37,189 bases of DNA from the NCBI GenBank assembly GCA_040758355.1, contig JBFLWF010000022.1, positions 1-37,189 of the forward strand. Direction: 5' to 3'. The position numbers and the translations under genes were made by a program. The notes beneath the pieces are model-generated. The model had not been told where the DNA came from. It ran no database searches and saw nothing but the letters and a program-made list of their open reading frames with translations. Position 1 is the first letter of the stretch. Each line of letters begins with the position of its first letter. Shown here piece by piece: positions 9,033 through 17,926 of the stretch. Source of the DNA: Nitrospirota bacterium (GTDB lineage Bacteria > Nitrospirota > Thermodesulfovibrionia > Thermodesulfovibrionales > Dissulfurispiraceae).

Positions 9033-10955
9033 ATGTATGCCGATGTTGTTTTCCCGTTAAAGCTTCCGCCCCTCACTTACAAAGTGCCTGAAGATGCACC
9101 GCATGATTTAAAAGGCAGGATAATAAAGGCTCCGCTCATGGGCAAAAGCCATTACGGCCTTGTTGTATCGGTAACAAATGAATCACGGTTAGAGAAAAAA
9201 AAGAATATTAAAGAGATTCAGGGAATACACCATCATTTCGCCTCAGAATCAACTCTTTCATTCCTGAGATGGCTCTCCGACTACTACCTCAGTCCTATGG
9301 GGGTTGCGCTGAAAAGCAGCTTTTTTGAAGAGGCAGTAAAGACAGCAGTCAGCCCCGTTAGAAAGAAACTTTCTAACGGGGTCAGAGTAAAGAATAATGA
9401 ACAAAAAACAGAAGCTGAAAATTCTGAACTCTCGCTTGTTTATGACTGCATTAAAAACAAGAATTACAAATCCTTTCTCTATCATGCCTCGTCAATATCC
9501 CATGAATATTCTTTGTTTAATGAGGTTTTGAATAAATCCCACTCCGACATGCACGGTGCTATAATCCTCGTACCCGAGATCGGTCAGATCGAAAGACTTG
9601 CCCAGATGCTTAAAAATATTTTTGGTGAAAGGGTGTGCATCATCCACAGCAATCTAACAAAAAAGAAACGGATAGACTCTATTGCACGGATTATTGCAGG
9701 CCAATCCGATGTGATATTGGGCACAAGGTCTGCGATACTTGCACCCCTCAGGGATGTCTCTCTTATTGCTGTCCTGAATGAACACAGCCCTTCTTATAAA
9801 GGGGAAGAAGGGCTCAGGTATAATGCAAGGAATGTGGCTGTAATGAGGGGATTTATGGAAAAGTCTTGCGTGCTTTTGTCCTCTGTTTGTCCATCCGTAG
9901 AATCCATTTATAATGCAAAGACAGGCAAATACAACTCCATCACTCCATCACTCCATCGCTCCATTGAGAAACATCCTAAAATAAAAATTAGTGATATGAA
10001 AAAGGAGAAGACCGCAACTATATCCAGAGATATTCTTAAAGAGGCAAAGGTTACCACTTCAGAAAATGGAAGATTTCTATTCCTCGTCAACAGAAAGGGA
10101 TATTCCCTTATAAGATGTGAGGATTGCGGGAATATAGTCCAATGCAAAAAGTGCAATGTTCCACTTGTCTTTTATAAAGGTAAAAATACGGTCAGATGTC
10201 ATTATTGCGGCCACGAAGAGATAGTCCCTGAAAACTGCGAAGAATGTAAGGGGTTCAATATAAAACCATTCGGTGCAGGCACAGAAAGGATAAAGGAAGA
10301 ACTGGAAGAGGCATTAAAAACAGAGGCGATCTTGGTAGAAAAGGGGCCTGGGTCATGGGGCATGGGGCAAGACCCCGATATAACCTCTTTCGTAATCGGA
10401 ACGCCTTATGCAATAAAAAAACTCATGGATGAAAAATTCGATGCCGTCGCCCTTTTTAACATAGACGGGCTTCTTGCACAGCCTGATTTCAGGGCATATG
10501 AGAGGGCATTTCAGGAAGTGATGCAAATTTCTCAGATGGTAAAAACAGAAGGCTCTCTTTATGTTCAGACATACGCACCAAAAAATAAAATATTAAGATT
10601 TATCAAAAACTACGACTTTCAGGGTTTTTATGGCAATGAACTATCTCAACGAAAAACGCTTGATTATCCTCCATTTTCAAGGATAATTCTCTTTAATATT
10701 TTTATGAAAAGGGACGTCGAGAAGTTTTTACATGACATACAGAAAATCATCTATGATGCTAATACAAATGGATTAGAACTTTTAGGCCCTGTGGAAATAC
10801 CATCTTCCATGAAGTCATATAAACACTGCATCCAGATATTTTTGAAATCAAAGGACAGAAGATTGATGCATAATGAGGCCGGAAATCTTTTAAAGAAACT
10901 CGAAAAATTAAAAGGGATTAAAATAAATGTGGATGTGGACCCGTTAAAGATATAG
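9033..10955 (+). CDS. priA: Primosomal protein N' (PriA) with degenerate helicase motifs
   Basis: N-terminal 3'-binding domain (LTYKVP, WLSDYY), LVPEI, GTRSA, NRKGY, 8-Cys Zn region, PDFRAYE, YPPF and C-terminal VDVDP. Start set at ATG 9033. Confidence 0.88.
   Translation: MYADVVFPLKLPPLTYKVPEDAPHDLKGRIIKAPLMGKSHYGLVVSVTNESRLEKKKNIKEIQGIHHHFASESTLSFLRWLSDYYLSPMGVALKSSFFEEAVKTAVSPVRKKLSNGVRVKNNEQKTEAENSELSLVYDCIKNKNYKSFLYHASSISHEYSLFNEVLNKSHSDMHGAIILVPEIGQIERLAQMLKNIFGERVCIIHSNLTKKKRIDSIARIIAGQSDVILGTRSAILAPLRDVSLIAVLNEHSPSYKGEEGLRYNARNVAVMRGFMEKSCVLLSSVCPSVESIYNAKTGKYNSITPSLHRSIEKHPKIKISDMKKEKTATISRDILKEAKVTTSENGRFLFLVNRKGYSLIRCEDCGNIVQCKKCNVPLVFYKGKNTVRCHYCGHEEIVPENCEECKGFNIKPFGAGTERIKEELEEALKTEAILVEKGPGSWGMGQDPDITSFVIGTPYAIKKLMDEKFDAVALFNIDGLLAQPDFRAYERAFQEVMQISQMVKTEGSLYVQTYAPKNKILRFIKNYDFQGFYGNELSQRKTLDYPPFSRIILFNIFMKRDVEKFLHDIQKIIYDANTNGLELLGPVEIPSSMKSYKHCIQIFLKSKDRRLMHNEAGNLLKKLEKLKGIKINVDVDPLKI
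9353..9381. repeat. In-frame palindromic insertion in priA
   Basis: CCCCGTTAGAAAG-AAA-CTTTCTAACGGGG (13-bp stem). GTCAG occurs at 9348-9352 and 9381-9385, 33 bp apart. Confidence 0.85.
9934..9965. repeat. Tandem 8-mer (ACTCCATC)x4 in priA
   Basis: actccatc actccatc actccatc gctccatt. Confidence 0.85.
10343..10376. repeat. Tandem 7-mer (GGGGCAT)x4 in priA
   Basis: ggggcct gggtcat ggggcat ggggcaa gacccc. Confidence 0.8.
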
Positions 10956-11900
10956 CGGGTCTTTTCTCTTTGATAGGATTTCTTTTGCCTTTTGTATATC
11001 TTTCTTTATCTGCTCTTCAAGTTCGCCGATTCCTGAAAATTTCTTTTCATCCCTTATCCTGTCGATAAAGTGTATTTTTATTTTTTCTCCAAGAAGGTTT
11101 TGATTGAAGTCAAAGATATGCACTTCATAGCTCATAGGCATATTTCCGAATGTAGTGGCGAATGTGGGATTCTTGCCTATATTAGCAACACCATCATAAA
11201 CCTCCTTCTGAATAGAAACTCTTACAGCATAAACTCCTTCTTTTGGTACAAGCTCATTGGGAGTGGTAATATTGGCAGTAGGGGTATGGAGTAGAGACGT
11301 GCCCCTTCCAGCACCTTTAATTACTGTCCCTTCAATATGATATGCCCTTCCGAGCATCTTTGATGCCTCACAAACTCTTCCCCTTAAAAGAAGGCTCCTT
11401 ACCCTGCTGCTGCTCACAATATCGTCATACACCTTCGCATATCTGACAACACTCACGCCGAACCCGTATTTTTTCCCTCTTCTTCTGAGCAGTGAGGTAG
11501 TGCCTTTCTTGCCCTTTCCAAAGGCATAGTTATGACCTACAGTCACCCATTTAACGCCCAGTTTATTACCAAGCATGTCCTTAATAAATTCGTCAGGATC
11601 GGTCTTTGCGAACTCCTTGCTAAAGCCGATGCATATGAGAACTTTTATGCCCGCGCTTGATATGAGATTTGCCTTGTCTTCAAAGGTCGTGAGTATCTTC
11701 AACCCCCTTTCAGGGGCCAGAACACGCACGGGGTGAGGGTCGAAGGTTATAGCCATTGGTGTACCGTGAATTTCCTTTGCCTTTTCCACAACACGCCTGA
11801 ATATCTTCTGATGGCCAATGTGCACACCATCGAAATTTCCGATTGTGACAACCGGATTAGGATAATCCAATCCGTTAGGCAATTCCCTGATTATTCTCAT
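10944..11900 (-). CDS. ribF: Bifunctional riboflavin kinase / FAD synthetase
   Basis: IGNFDGVHIGH, TFDPHP, VSSSRVR, PTANI, GVYAV, NPTF, EVHIFDF and IRDEKKF motifs. Confidence 0.95.
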   Translation of the reverse strand: MRIIRELPNGLDYPNPVVTIGNFDGVHIGHQKIFRRVVEKAKEIHGTPMAITFDPHPVRVLAPERGLKILTTFEDKANLISSAGIKVLICIGFSKEFAKTDPDEFIKDMLGNKLGVKWVTVGHNYAFGKGKKGTTSLLRRRGKKYGFGVSVVRYAKVYDDIVSSSRVRSLLLRGRVCEASKMLGRAYHIEGTVIKGAGRGTSLLHTPTANITTPNELVPKEGVYAVRVSIQKEVYDGVANIGKNPTFATTFGNMPMSYEVHIFDFNQNLLGEKIKIHFIDRIRDEKKFSGIGELEEQIKKDIQKAKEILSKRKDPLYL

Positions 11901-12493
11901 AACCTGCTGTAAATCTCCTCAACCTGTCTTCTCGTATTTTCAAGGTCCCTGCTGTTGTCTATTGCAAAATCAGACTTGCTGATCTTCATTTCTATGGGAA
12001 ACTGGCTTTTCAGTCTTTTCCTTGCATCTTCTTCGGATATTCCTTTCTCTTTAAGACGGTTGATGGCAATCTCCTCCGATGCATATACAGTTATTATTTT
12101 ATCAAATCTGTTCTGATAACCCCTTTCAAATATCACAGGCGCCTCCACTATAACAATGGCAGCGGAATCTGTTATTTTAGCAATTTCTTCGTCAACTTTT
12201 TTGAAAACCCTCGGATGCAGAATGTTTTCAAGGGAAATCCTGAGATGGGGATGTTCAAATACAATTTCAGCAAGCATCCTTTTATTTATTTCTGACGGCT
12301 GACCGCTGATGGCTGACTGCTGAATTATATCTTCTCCAAATGCCTTTTTAATCTCATAAATTACCGTAATGTCCTTAAGGAGTTCGCGAACTATGTCGTC
12401 TGTGTGAATGACAATAGCGCCAAGATCCCCGAACATCCGGGCCACCGTGCTTTTGCCCATTCCGTAATTTCCTGTGAGGCCTATAATTATCAT
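11897..12493 (-). CDS. coaE: Dephospho-CoA kinase
   Basis: GLTGNYGMGKSTV P-loop, LENILHPRV, EAPVIFE. Confidence 0.93.
   Translation of the reverse strand: MIIIGLTGNYGMGKSTVARMFGDLGAIVIHTDDIVRELLKDITVIYEIKKAFGEDIIQQSAISGQPSEINKRMLAEIVFEHPHLRISLENILHPRVFKKVDEEIAKITDSAAIVIVEAPVIFERGYQNRFDKIITVYASEEIAINRLKEKGISEEDARKRLKSQFPIEMKISKSDFAIDNSRDLENTRRQVEEIYSRL
12292..12323. repeat. Tandem 7-mer (CAGCAGT-type on the minus strand) in coaE
   Basis: ctgacgg ctgaccg ctgatgg ctgactg ctga, encoding QQSAISGQPS. Confidence 0.8.
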
Positions 12494-15069
12494 GCCACCC
12501 CTTCTGCCTTTTTCCTCAACTCCACAATCTTCCTCAATGCCTTTTGAGGCGTGAGATTTTCAATATCAAGACTCAACAATTCACGTGTAATCGGGTCGCC
12601 TGCAAAGAAAAGGTCCATCTGAGCTGCACGCGGAACCAAGGTGTTGGCCTCCTTTTTTTCGAGCTTATCTAAAACATCCTTTGCACCCTCTATAACATTA
12701 TCAGGCAGGCCTGCAAGCCGCGCAACCTGAATACCATAGCTTTTGTCAGCAGGGCCCTTCTCGATCTTCCTCAGGAATATGACCTCATCTCCCCATTCTT
12801 TGACAACTACATTGTAATTTTTGACCCCATCCATCGTTAAAGCAAGGTCTGTGAGCTCATTGTAATGGGTTGCAAACATGGTGCGTGCCTTAACATTATT
12901 TACAAGATAATCTGCCACTGCCCACGCAATGCTGATGCCGTCAAAGGTGCTTGTACCCCTTCCAACTTCATCGAGGAGGATAAGGCTCCTTTCGGTTGCA
13001 TTATTCAGGATATTTGCCGTCTCTATCATCTCCACCATGAATGTGCTCTGCCCCTTTGTGATGTAATCGGATGCGCCTATCCTCGTGAATATCCTGTCAA
13101 TGATCCCTATTGATGCGCTCTCCGCAGGGACAAAAGAGCCTATCTGTGCCATCAACACAATCAATGCTGTCTGACGCATGTATGTAGACTTGCCAGCCAT
13201 GTTAGGGCCTGTGATAATCAAAAGCCTGCTATCCTCACAGTCGATGTGTGCACTGTTGGGTATGAATTTTTCGTCCATGGAAGAAATATTATGCGTGCTT
13301 ATCAGCCTCTCGATAACAGGATGCCTTCCGTCAACTATCTCGATTACATCATCATCGGAAATAACAGGCCTTACATAATCATATCTCTTTGCAACAGTTG
13401 CCAGTGAAAGGAGAAAATCTATCATGGCTATCTGTGCCGATGTTTCTAAAAGCTGGTTTGTATATTTCTGCATCTTTTCGAGTATGTTCATATATATCTC
13501 ATATTCGAGTTCCTTGAGCCTGTCCTCTGCACCGAGCACCTTTGTTTCGTATTCCTTTAAATCCTGGGTTATGAACCTCTCGCAATTTGCAAGTGTCTGT
13601 TTCCTTATGTAATCATCAGGGACAAGATTGAGATTAGGCTTTGTGATCTCAATATAATAGCCGAATACCTTATTGAAGCCGACCTTCAATGACGATATGC
13701 CTGTCCTCTGCTTCTCTTCCGCCTCAAGCCTTGCTATAAAATCCTTTCCGCTTATTGAAATATTCCTCAATTCATCGACTTCCCTGTTAAAGCCCTTTCT
13801 GATTATTCCGCCGTCCTTTGGATTGACAGAAGGACTCTCAACAATGCTGAAGTCTATCAGATCCTTTAGATCAACAAACTCCGAGATGCTGTTTCCAATC
13901 TCCTTTATGTATGCATTTGTTGAAGATGACAAAAGCCTCTTTATCTTCGGCATGTATTCGACAGAGCCTTTCAGGGCGATTAGATCCCTCGGGCCTGCGG
14001 ATTTGGAGATAATCCTCGATGTCAGCCTCTCTATGTCCTGTATCTTTCTGAGGGTTGTGCGCAGCTCTTCCATGAGTTCGTAATCCTCAATTATCGCCTC
14101 AACAGCATCCTGCCTTTTTATTATCTCAGGAGATGAAAGTAATGGCTTTGTAATGGCATTTCTCATAAACCTGCCGCCCATGGGCGTCAAGGTCTCATCC
14201 AGAACCCATAGCAGAGAGCCTTCCGGAGAATTATTCTTCTGATCGGCTTTTAAATTATGGATGAGTTCGAGGTTCCTCTTTGTGGCTGAATCAAGAAACA
14301 TGTATGATGTCTGGCTTAAAACGGAAATCTTCTTAAAGGTGAGTATCTTCTGCGAATCCTCAAGATAGCTTATGAGCGCACCTGCCGCTGAAATGGCTGC
14401 ATTCATGCCGCTGCATCCGTATCCATCGAGGGATGACACCTTAAAATATCTCAGGAGCATTTTATACGACTCTGTATAATCAAAATACCAGTCGTCATAA
14501 TACGATACATAAAAACCTCTGAATGCCTCCTGATAATGGATATTGTCCTCTGTGCTTTTGGGACATAGTATTTCTCTCGGCTCATGCCTGCCTATCTCGT
14601 CTTCTATGGGTTTGTCTGTCTCGTAAACAACAAATTCTCCTGTTGAAAGGTCGGCCACTGTTATGCCTGTCAAACCCTGATACGGGAATATGCTCATTAT
14701 GTATGCATTTTCCTTTGGCTGCTCTGGAATATGGGTTCCCGGGGTTATTACCTTCACGACCTCTCTCTGGACAATTCCTTTTGCAAGCTTAGGGTCTTCC
14801 ACCTGCTCGCATATGGCTACTTTATGGCCTGCCTTGATAAGCTTTGAGATATAACCATCCACAGAAAAATATGGAACGCCGCACATGGGCATAGGGTCAT
14901 CCTTGCTCTTATCCCTGCTCGTAAGGGCTATCTGCAATATATTAGACGCTATCTTTGCATCCTCGCCGAACATCTCATAGAAATCTCCGAGCCTGAAAAG
15001 AACAATAGCATCGTGATATTTTTCCTTAATGCTGAAATACTGCTTCATCAAAGGGGTAAGTTCAGACAC
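12490..15069 (-). CDS. mutS: DNA mismatch repair protein MutS
   Basis: TPLMKQY, GDFYEMF, TGPNMAGKST, DEVGRGT, ATHY, SYGIQVA and QMDLF clamp motif; GTG start. Confidence 0.97.
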   Translation of the reverse strand: MSELTPLMKQYFSIKEKYHDAIVLFRLGDFYEMFGEDAKIASNILQIALTSRDKSKDDPMPMCGVPYFSVDGYISKLIKAGHKVAICEQVEDPKLAKGIVQREVVKVITPGTHIPEQPKENAYIMSIFPYQGLTGITVADLSTGEFVVYETDKPIEDEIGRHEPREILCPKSTEDNIHYQEAFRGFYVSYYDDWYFDYTESYKMLLRYFKVSSLDGYGCSGMNAAISAAGALISYLEDSQKILTFKKISVLSQTSYMFLDSATKRNLELIHNLKADQKNNSPEGSLLWVLDETLTPMGGRFMRNAITKPLLSSPEIIKRQDAVEAIIEDYELMEELRTTLRKIQDIERLTSRIISKSAGPRDLIALKGSVEYMPKIKRLLSSSTNAYIKEIGNSISEFVDLKDLIDFSIVESPSVNPKDGGIIRKGFNREVDELRNISISGKDFIARLEAEEKQRTGISSLKVGFNKVFGYYIEITKPNLNLVPDDYIRKQTLANCERFITQDLKEYETKVLGAEDRLKELEYEIYMNILEKMQKYTNQLLETSAQIAMIDFLLSLATVAKRYDYVRPVISDDDVIEIVDGRHPVIERLISTHNISSMDEKFIPNSAHIDCEDSRLLIITGPNMAGKSTYMRQTALIVLMAQIGSFVPAESASIGIIDRIFTRIGASDYITKGQSTFMVEMIETANILNNATERSLILLDEVGRGTSTFDGISIAWAVADYLVNNVKARTMFATHYNELTDLALTMDGVKNYNVVVKEWGDEVIFLRKIEKGPADKSYGIQVARLAGLPDNVIEGAKDVLDKLEKKEANTLVPRAAQMDLFFAGDPITRELLSLDIENLTPQKALRKIVELRKKAEGVA

Positions 15070-15109
15070 GATTTAACCTCTCAGCTAAAATTGATAACCT
15101 GAAATTATA

Positions 15110-15694
15110 CTACATACAGGGCAGATAAACCCAAACCCGACCTTCAGCCCTTGATTCTGTAATCCTCTTCGCAAGTTTCTTCTTATAGAGATTCAATAAC
15201 CTTGTCCCGCTTGTATTTGCAGGGAGTTTTAATTCTTCTGAAAGCTCGCCTGCTGTAATCTTGCCTTTGCTGAATATCAGATTAATAGTTTCCTGTAGAT
15301 AGTTATGGAGTGTGCCAATGATGGTTCTCCTTCCATCCCTCATCTCAGCCATTACAGCAAGGTCTTTCCTCTCAAGGGCAACCTCAATGTTCTCCTTCTG
15401 GTTTTCGTTCAACCCTTTCAGAACAATATATTTGTCCCCATATTCACCGCTTACAAGCCTCGATATGAGCTTTGCCACAATCTCATCAGCACAAGAATAA
15501 TCGATTATTCCAATCTTTGAGAAATCGAGGGCAATAACCTCCCCATCCTTCTCCTTTGCAATATCCCTCTCGATCCGCTCCCTTATCGCCTGTCCCGACT
15601 GCCTCGTAACAAGATCGCTTGAGCCGTTTTTAAGCTCTTCCTTGAGGAGTTTATAAAGATTGTAGATTGTCACACTCAAATTCATATCTCTCAA
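15110..15694 (-). CDS. STAS-like (DUF4325-type) domain plus C-terminal winged-HTH protein
   Basis: TRQSG..IRE, LDFSKIGIIDYSCADEIV (STAS-like with Ser), ITAGELSEELKLPANTSGTRLLNL (HTH). Confidence 0.65.
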   Translation of the reverse strand: MRDMNLSVTIYNLYKLLKEELKNGSSDLVTRQSGQAIRERIERDIAKEKDGEVIALDFSKIGIIDYSCADEIVAKLISRLVSGEYGDKYIVLKGLNENQKENIEVALERKDLAVMAEMRDGRRTIIGTLHNYLQETINLIFSKGKITAGELSEELKLPANTSGTRLLNLYKKKLAKRITESRAEGRVWVYLPCM

Positions 15695-16149
15695 TGAATA
15701 ATGTTTGATCCTTTTATTAGCCTTAAATTGCTTAATCCATTCTCTTCAAATTCTTTTCCATACGCATCAAGAAAAGGCTGCTCCTTGTTAATTCTTTCCT
15801 CAAACTCCATTTTTCTGACAGTATCCTCACCATATTTTTCTATCAAATCCCTCTCTGCCATCCTGTACATTAATTCATCCCAGAATGTGTCATTGTCATA
15901 TTCATCAATAAGTTCCTCAACGCCAGACTCATCCAGAAATTCTCCTGTCAGGAAAAACATCTTGAGATCTTCAGCGTATTCGACAGAATCATCCATCCCG
16001 AAATCCTTGCAAAAAGACAGGATATACTGCTCAAGTTCATCAAACTCCTCAATCCTGTCATCAGTGCGATGGGCATTAGCCATCCAGGTGCCGAGGTGAA
16101 GAAGCTTAATAAGTGTCTTATACTGTTTTTTTGTAATGTTAATCTTCAT
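15691..16149 (-). CDS. Hypothetical acidic protein
   Basis: 152-aa ORF with a GGGGG RBS; its stop overlaps the next start (ATGA). Confidence 0.75.
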   Translation of the reverse strand: MKINITKKQYKTLIKLLHLGTWMANAHRTDDRIEEFDELEQYILSFCKDFGMDDSVEYAEDLKMFFLTGEFLDESGVEELIDEYDNDTFWDELMYRMAERDLIEKYGEDTVRKMEFEERINKEQPFLDAYGKEFEENGLSNLRLIKGSNIIH

Positions 16150-16163
16150 AAATTCCCCCTGTT

Positions 16164-16412
16164 TTATTCTTCCAAAAGCTGCCATTCTGCATAGCCGTCT
16201 TTCCTTTCAATGAGTTTTTTGCCTTTTAAAATTACCTTCTTAATCGTTGGATGAGTCTTAACAGTGGTATAAGCCCGCACAAGATTAGCAATCGTCGCCT
16301 CCTGAAATATAAGCTCCGTGCCGTCCTGAAGGACTATCGTAGTCCTCAGGTGCTTATGCCCATCAGGAATCTCAGTGATCAATTCTTTTATGTCTTCGTT
16401 ACGGAGGATCAT
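16164..16412 (-). CDS. Hypothetical protein
   Basis: 82-aa ORF coupled to the upstream gene by an ATGA overlap. Confidence 0.7.
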   Translation of the reverse strand: MILRNEDIKELITEIPDGHKHLRTTIVLQDGTELIFQEATIANLVRAYTTVKTHPTIKKVILKGKKLIERKDGYAEWQLLEE

Positions 16413-16591
16413 AAAGAGATGTTTTCATTAATTGCTGCGAGTATCGCTTCATGCCAATCTATATAGTCGCCGATTTTATCCTCAACAATCTTCAACTCAT
16501 TACGATTTAATTTTCTGCCTAACTCCTCTTCAGCAACAGTTTGAACATCTTCAATGTTGATTGAATAAATAATTTTTGAGGTATCAATCAT
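16409..16591 (-). CDS. Small hypothetical protein
   Basis: 60-aa ORF with a strong GAGGAGG RBS. Confidence 0.7.
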   Translation of the reverse strand: MIDTSKIIYSINIEDVQTVAEEELGRKLNRNELKIVEDKIGDYIDWHEAILAAINENISL

Positions 16592-16633
16592 ATATCCTCC
16601 TCGTTTATTGCCCTCTTTAACACCTCGTGCATT

Positions 16634-16921
16634 TTATGATGCCTCCAGTTTATCTGTATGGCTCAACCTCACATATCTATTCTCTGTCCACCGCCATATA
16701 GAGACATCATAATAGCCGGACTTATTTACAGTTTCAGGCTCGCAGCCATGATCACTTGCAATTTCATCTAATATCTGCTTGGCATCTTTGAAAGAACCAA
16801 AATGGTTGATCTCGACAACCTTATCGCCCTCTGCTGCCACTATCAAAAATTTTGCATCGCAAGATTGGGGCAATTTGTAATAAATGATTCCAGTATTTTT
16901 ATCTACATAATTTTTATTCAT
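16634..16921 (-). CDS. Hypothetical protein
   Basis: 95-aa ORF with a GGAGG RBS. Confidence 0.7.
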   Translation of the reverse strand: MNKNYVDKNTGIIYYKLPQSCDAKFLIVAAEGDKVVEINHFGSFKDAKQILDEIASDHGCEPETVNKSGYYDVSIWRWTENRYVRLSHTDKLEAS

Positions 16922-16954
16922 CGCTTATCCTCCATTTCACACGCCATTAGAAAT

Positions 16955-17920
16955 TCATTTATACAAAAACAAATGATCATTCTCTTTTTGTTTGAAAGTC
17001 CGTTTCCCATTACCATTTCCTCTAATTTCAGGAGGACAGAATTCCTCAAATCTAAAACGTGATCCTTTCAAATACTCTTCTACGAGTTCAAAAGCTATCC
17101 AGCGTCTATTTAATTTTTCTGCAACTTCACCTGTTACATTTGACCCTGCAAATGGATCAAGAACAAAGTCATTAGGTTCTGTCAGAAATTTTATAAAGAA
17201 CTCCGGAACACCAGCAGGATACCTGGCTGGATGAGGTTTAAGTCCAAATTGGCGGCAAGCCCTCAAATATTTACTATTTGATTCTGTATTTGCTATTTCG
17301 AGTAAATTAGGAGGTATAGATCCTCCATTATCCCGACTGAATTTTGTTGAAATATCATGACCACTTGGTCTAAGTTTAGCTTTATACCCTCGTTTGAGTA
17401 ACCCCTGCATACTATCGCTGTAAGGCTGCAATACTTTACGATTATTAGCCTTAGGATGCGGATCCTTTGAAAGCCACCATATACAATCAACAGCATCTTT
17501 TACACGCTCTCGCCTGACATTTACCCATTCTGCTGGAGTTGGTAGTCGGGCAGGATTATACCAAAAGAATTCTTGTGCTAAATAAAATTTACGGACAGGC
17601 ATCTTGCAAAGAGCAAGAAGTAGCTCATAATGATACAGACTTCTTACAGGTTTCCCTGGTATCCAACTCCCGCCTATATCAATAACCAAACTACCATTAG
17701 GTTTAAGAATGTCATAAAATTTTTCTGCAAACGGTAAAAACCACTCAATATACTTTTCAGCATCAACATTGCCATATTCCTTTTTTCGTCTCAAGGCAAA
17801 AGGAGGTGAGGTCATTATTAAATCAACAGTACCATCTTCAAAAATATCAAACAATTCAATCGCATTCCCCAAATATGCTAAACCACATTTTGTTTTATAA
17901 TACGGCTTATATTTCTTCAT
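16955..17920 (-). CDS. Beta-class DNA methyltransferase, M.PvuII-like (probably N4-cytosine)
   Basis: TSPPFAL.RKKEYGN, WVN.R..RVKDAV, RPSGHDI...FS.DNGGSIPPNLL, HPAR and DPFAGSN, all recalled as closely matching M.PvuII. Confidence 0.9.
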   Translation of the reverse strand: MKKYKPYYKTKCGLAYLGNAIELFDIFEDGTVDLIMTSPPFALRRKKEYGNVDAEKYIEWFLPFAEKFYDILKPNGSLVIDIGGSWIPGKPVRSLYHYELLLALCKMPVRKFYLAQEFFWYNPARLPTPAEWVNVRRERVKDAVDCIWWLSKDPHPKANNRKVLQPYSDSMQGLLKRGYKAKLRPSGHDISTKFSRDNGGSIPPNLLEIANTESNSKYLRACRQFGLKPHPARYPAGVPEFFIKFLTEPNDFVLDPFAGSNVTGEVAEKLNRRWIAFELVEEYLKGSRFRFEEFCPPEIRGNGNGKRTFKQKENDHLFLYK

Positions 17921-17926
17921 ACCTAT

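Noticed and set aside
11146..11170. Imperfect 12-bp duplication in ribF (PTFATTFG)
   Set aside because: A small local duplication in a loop, not part of the 7/8-mer families.
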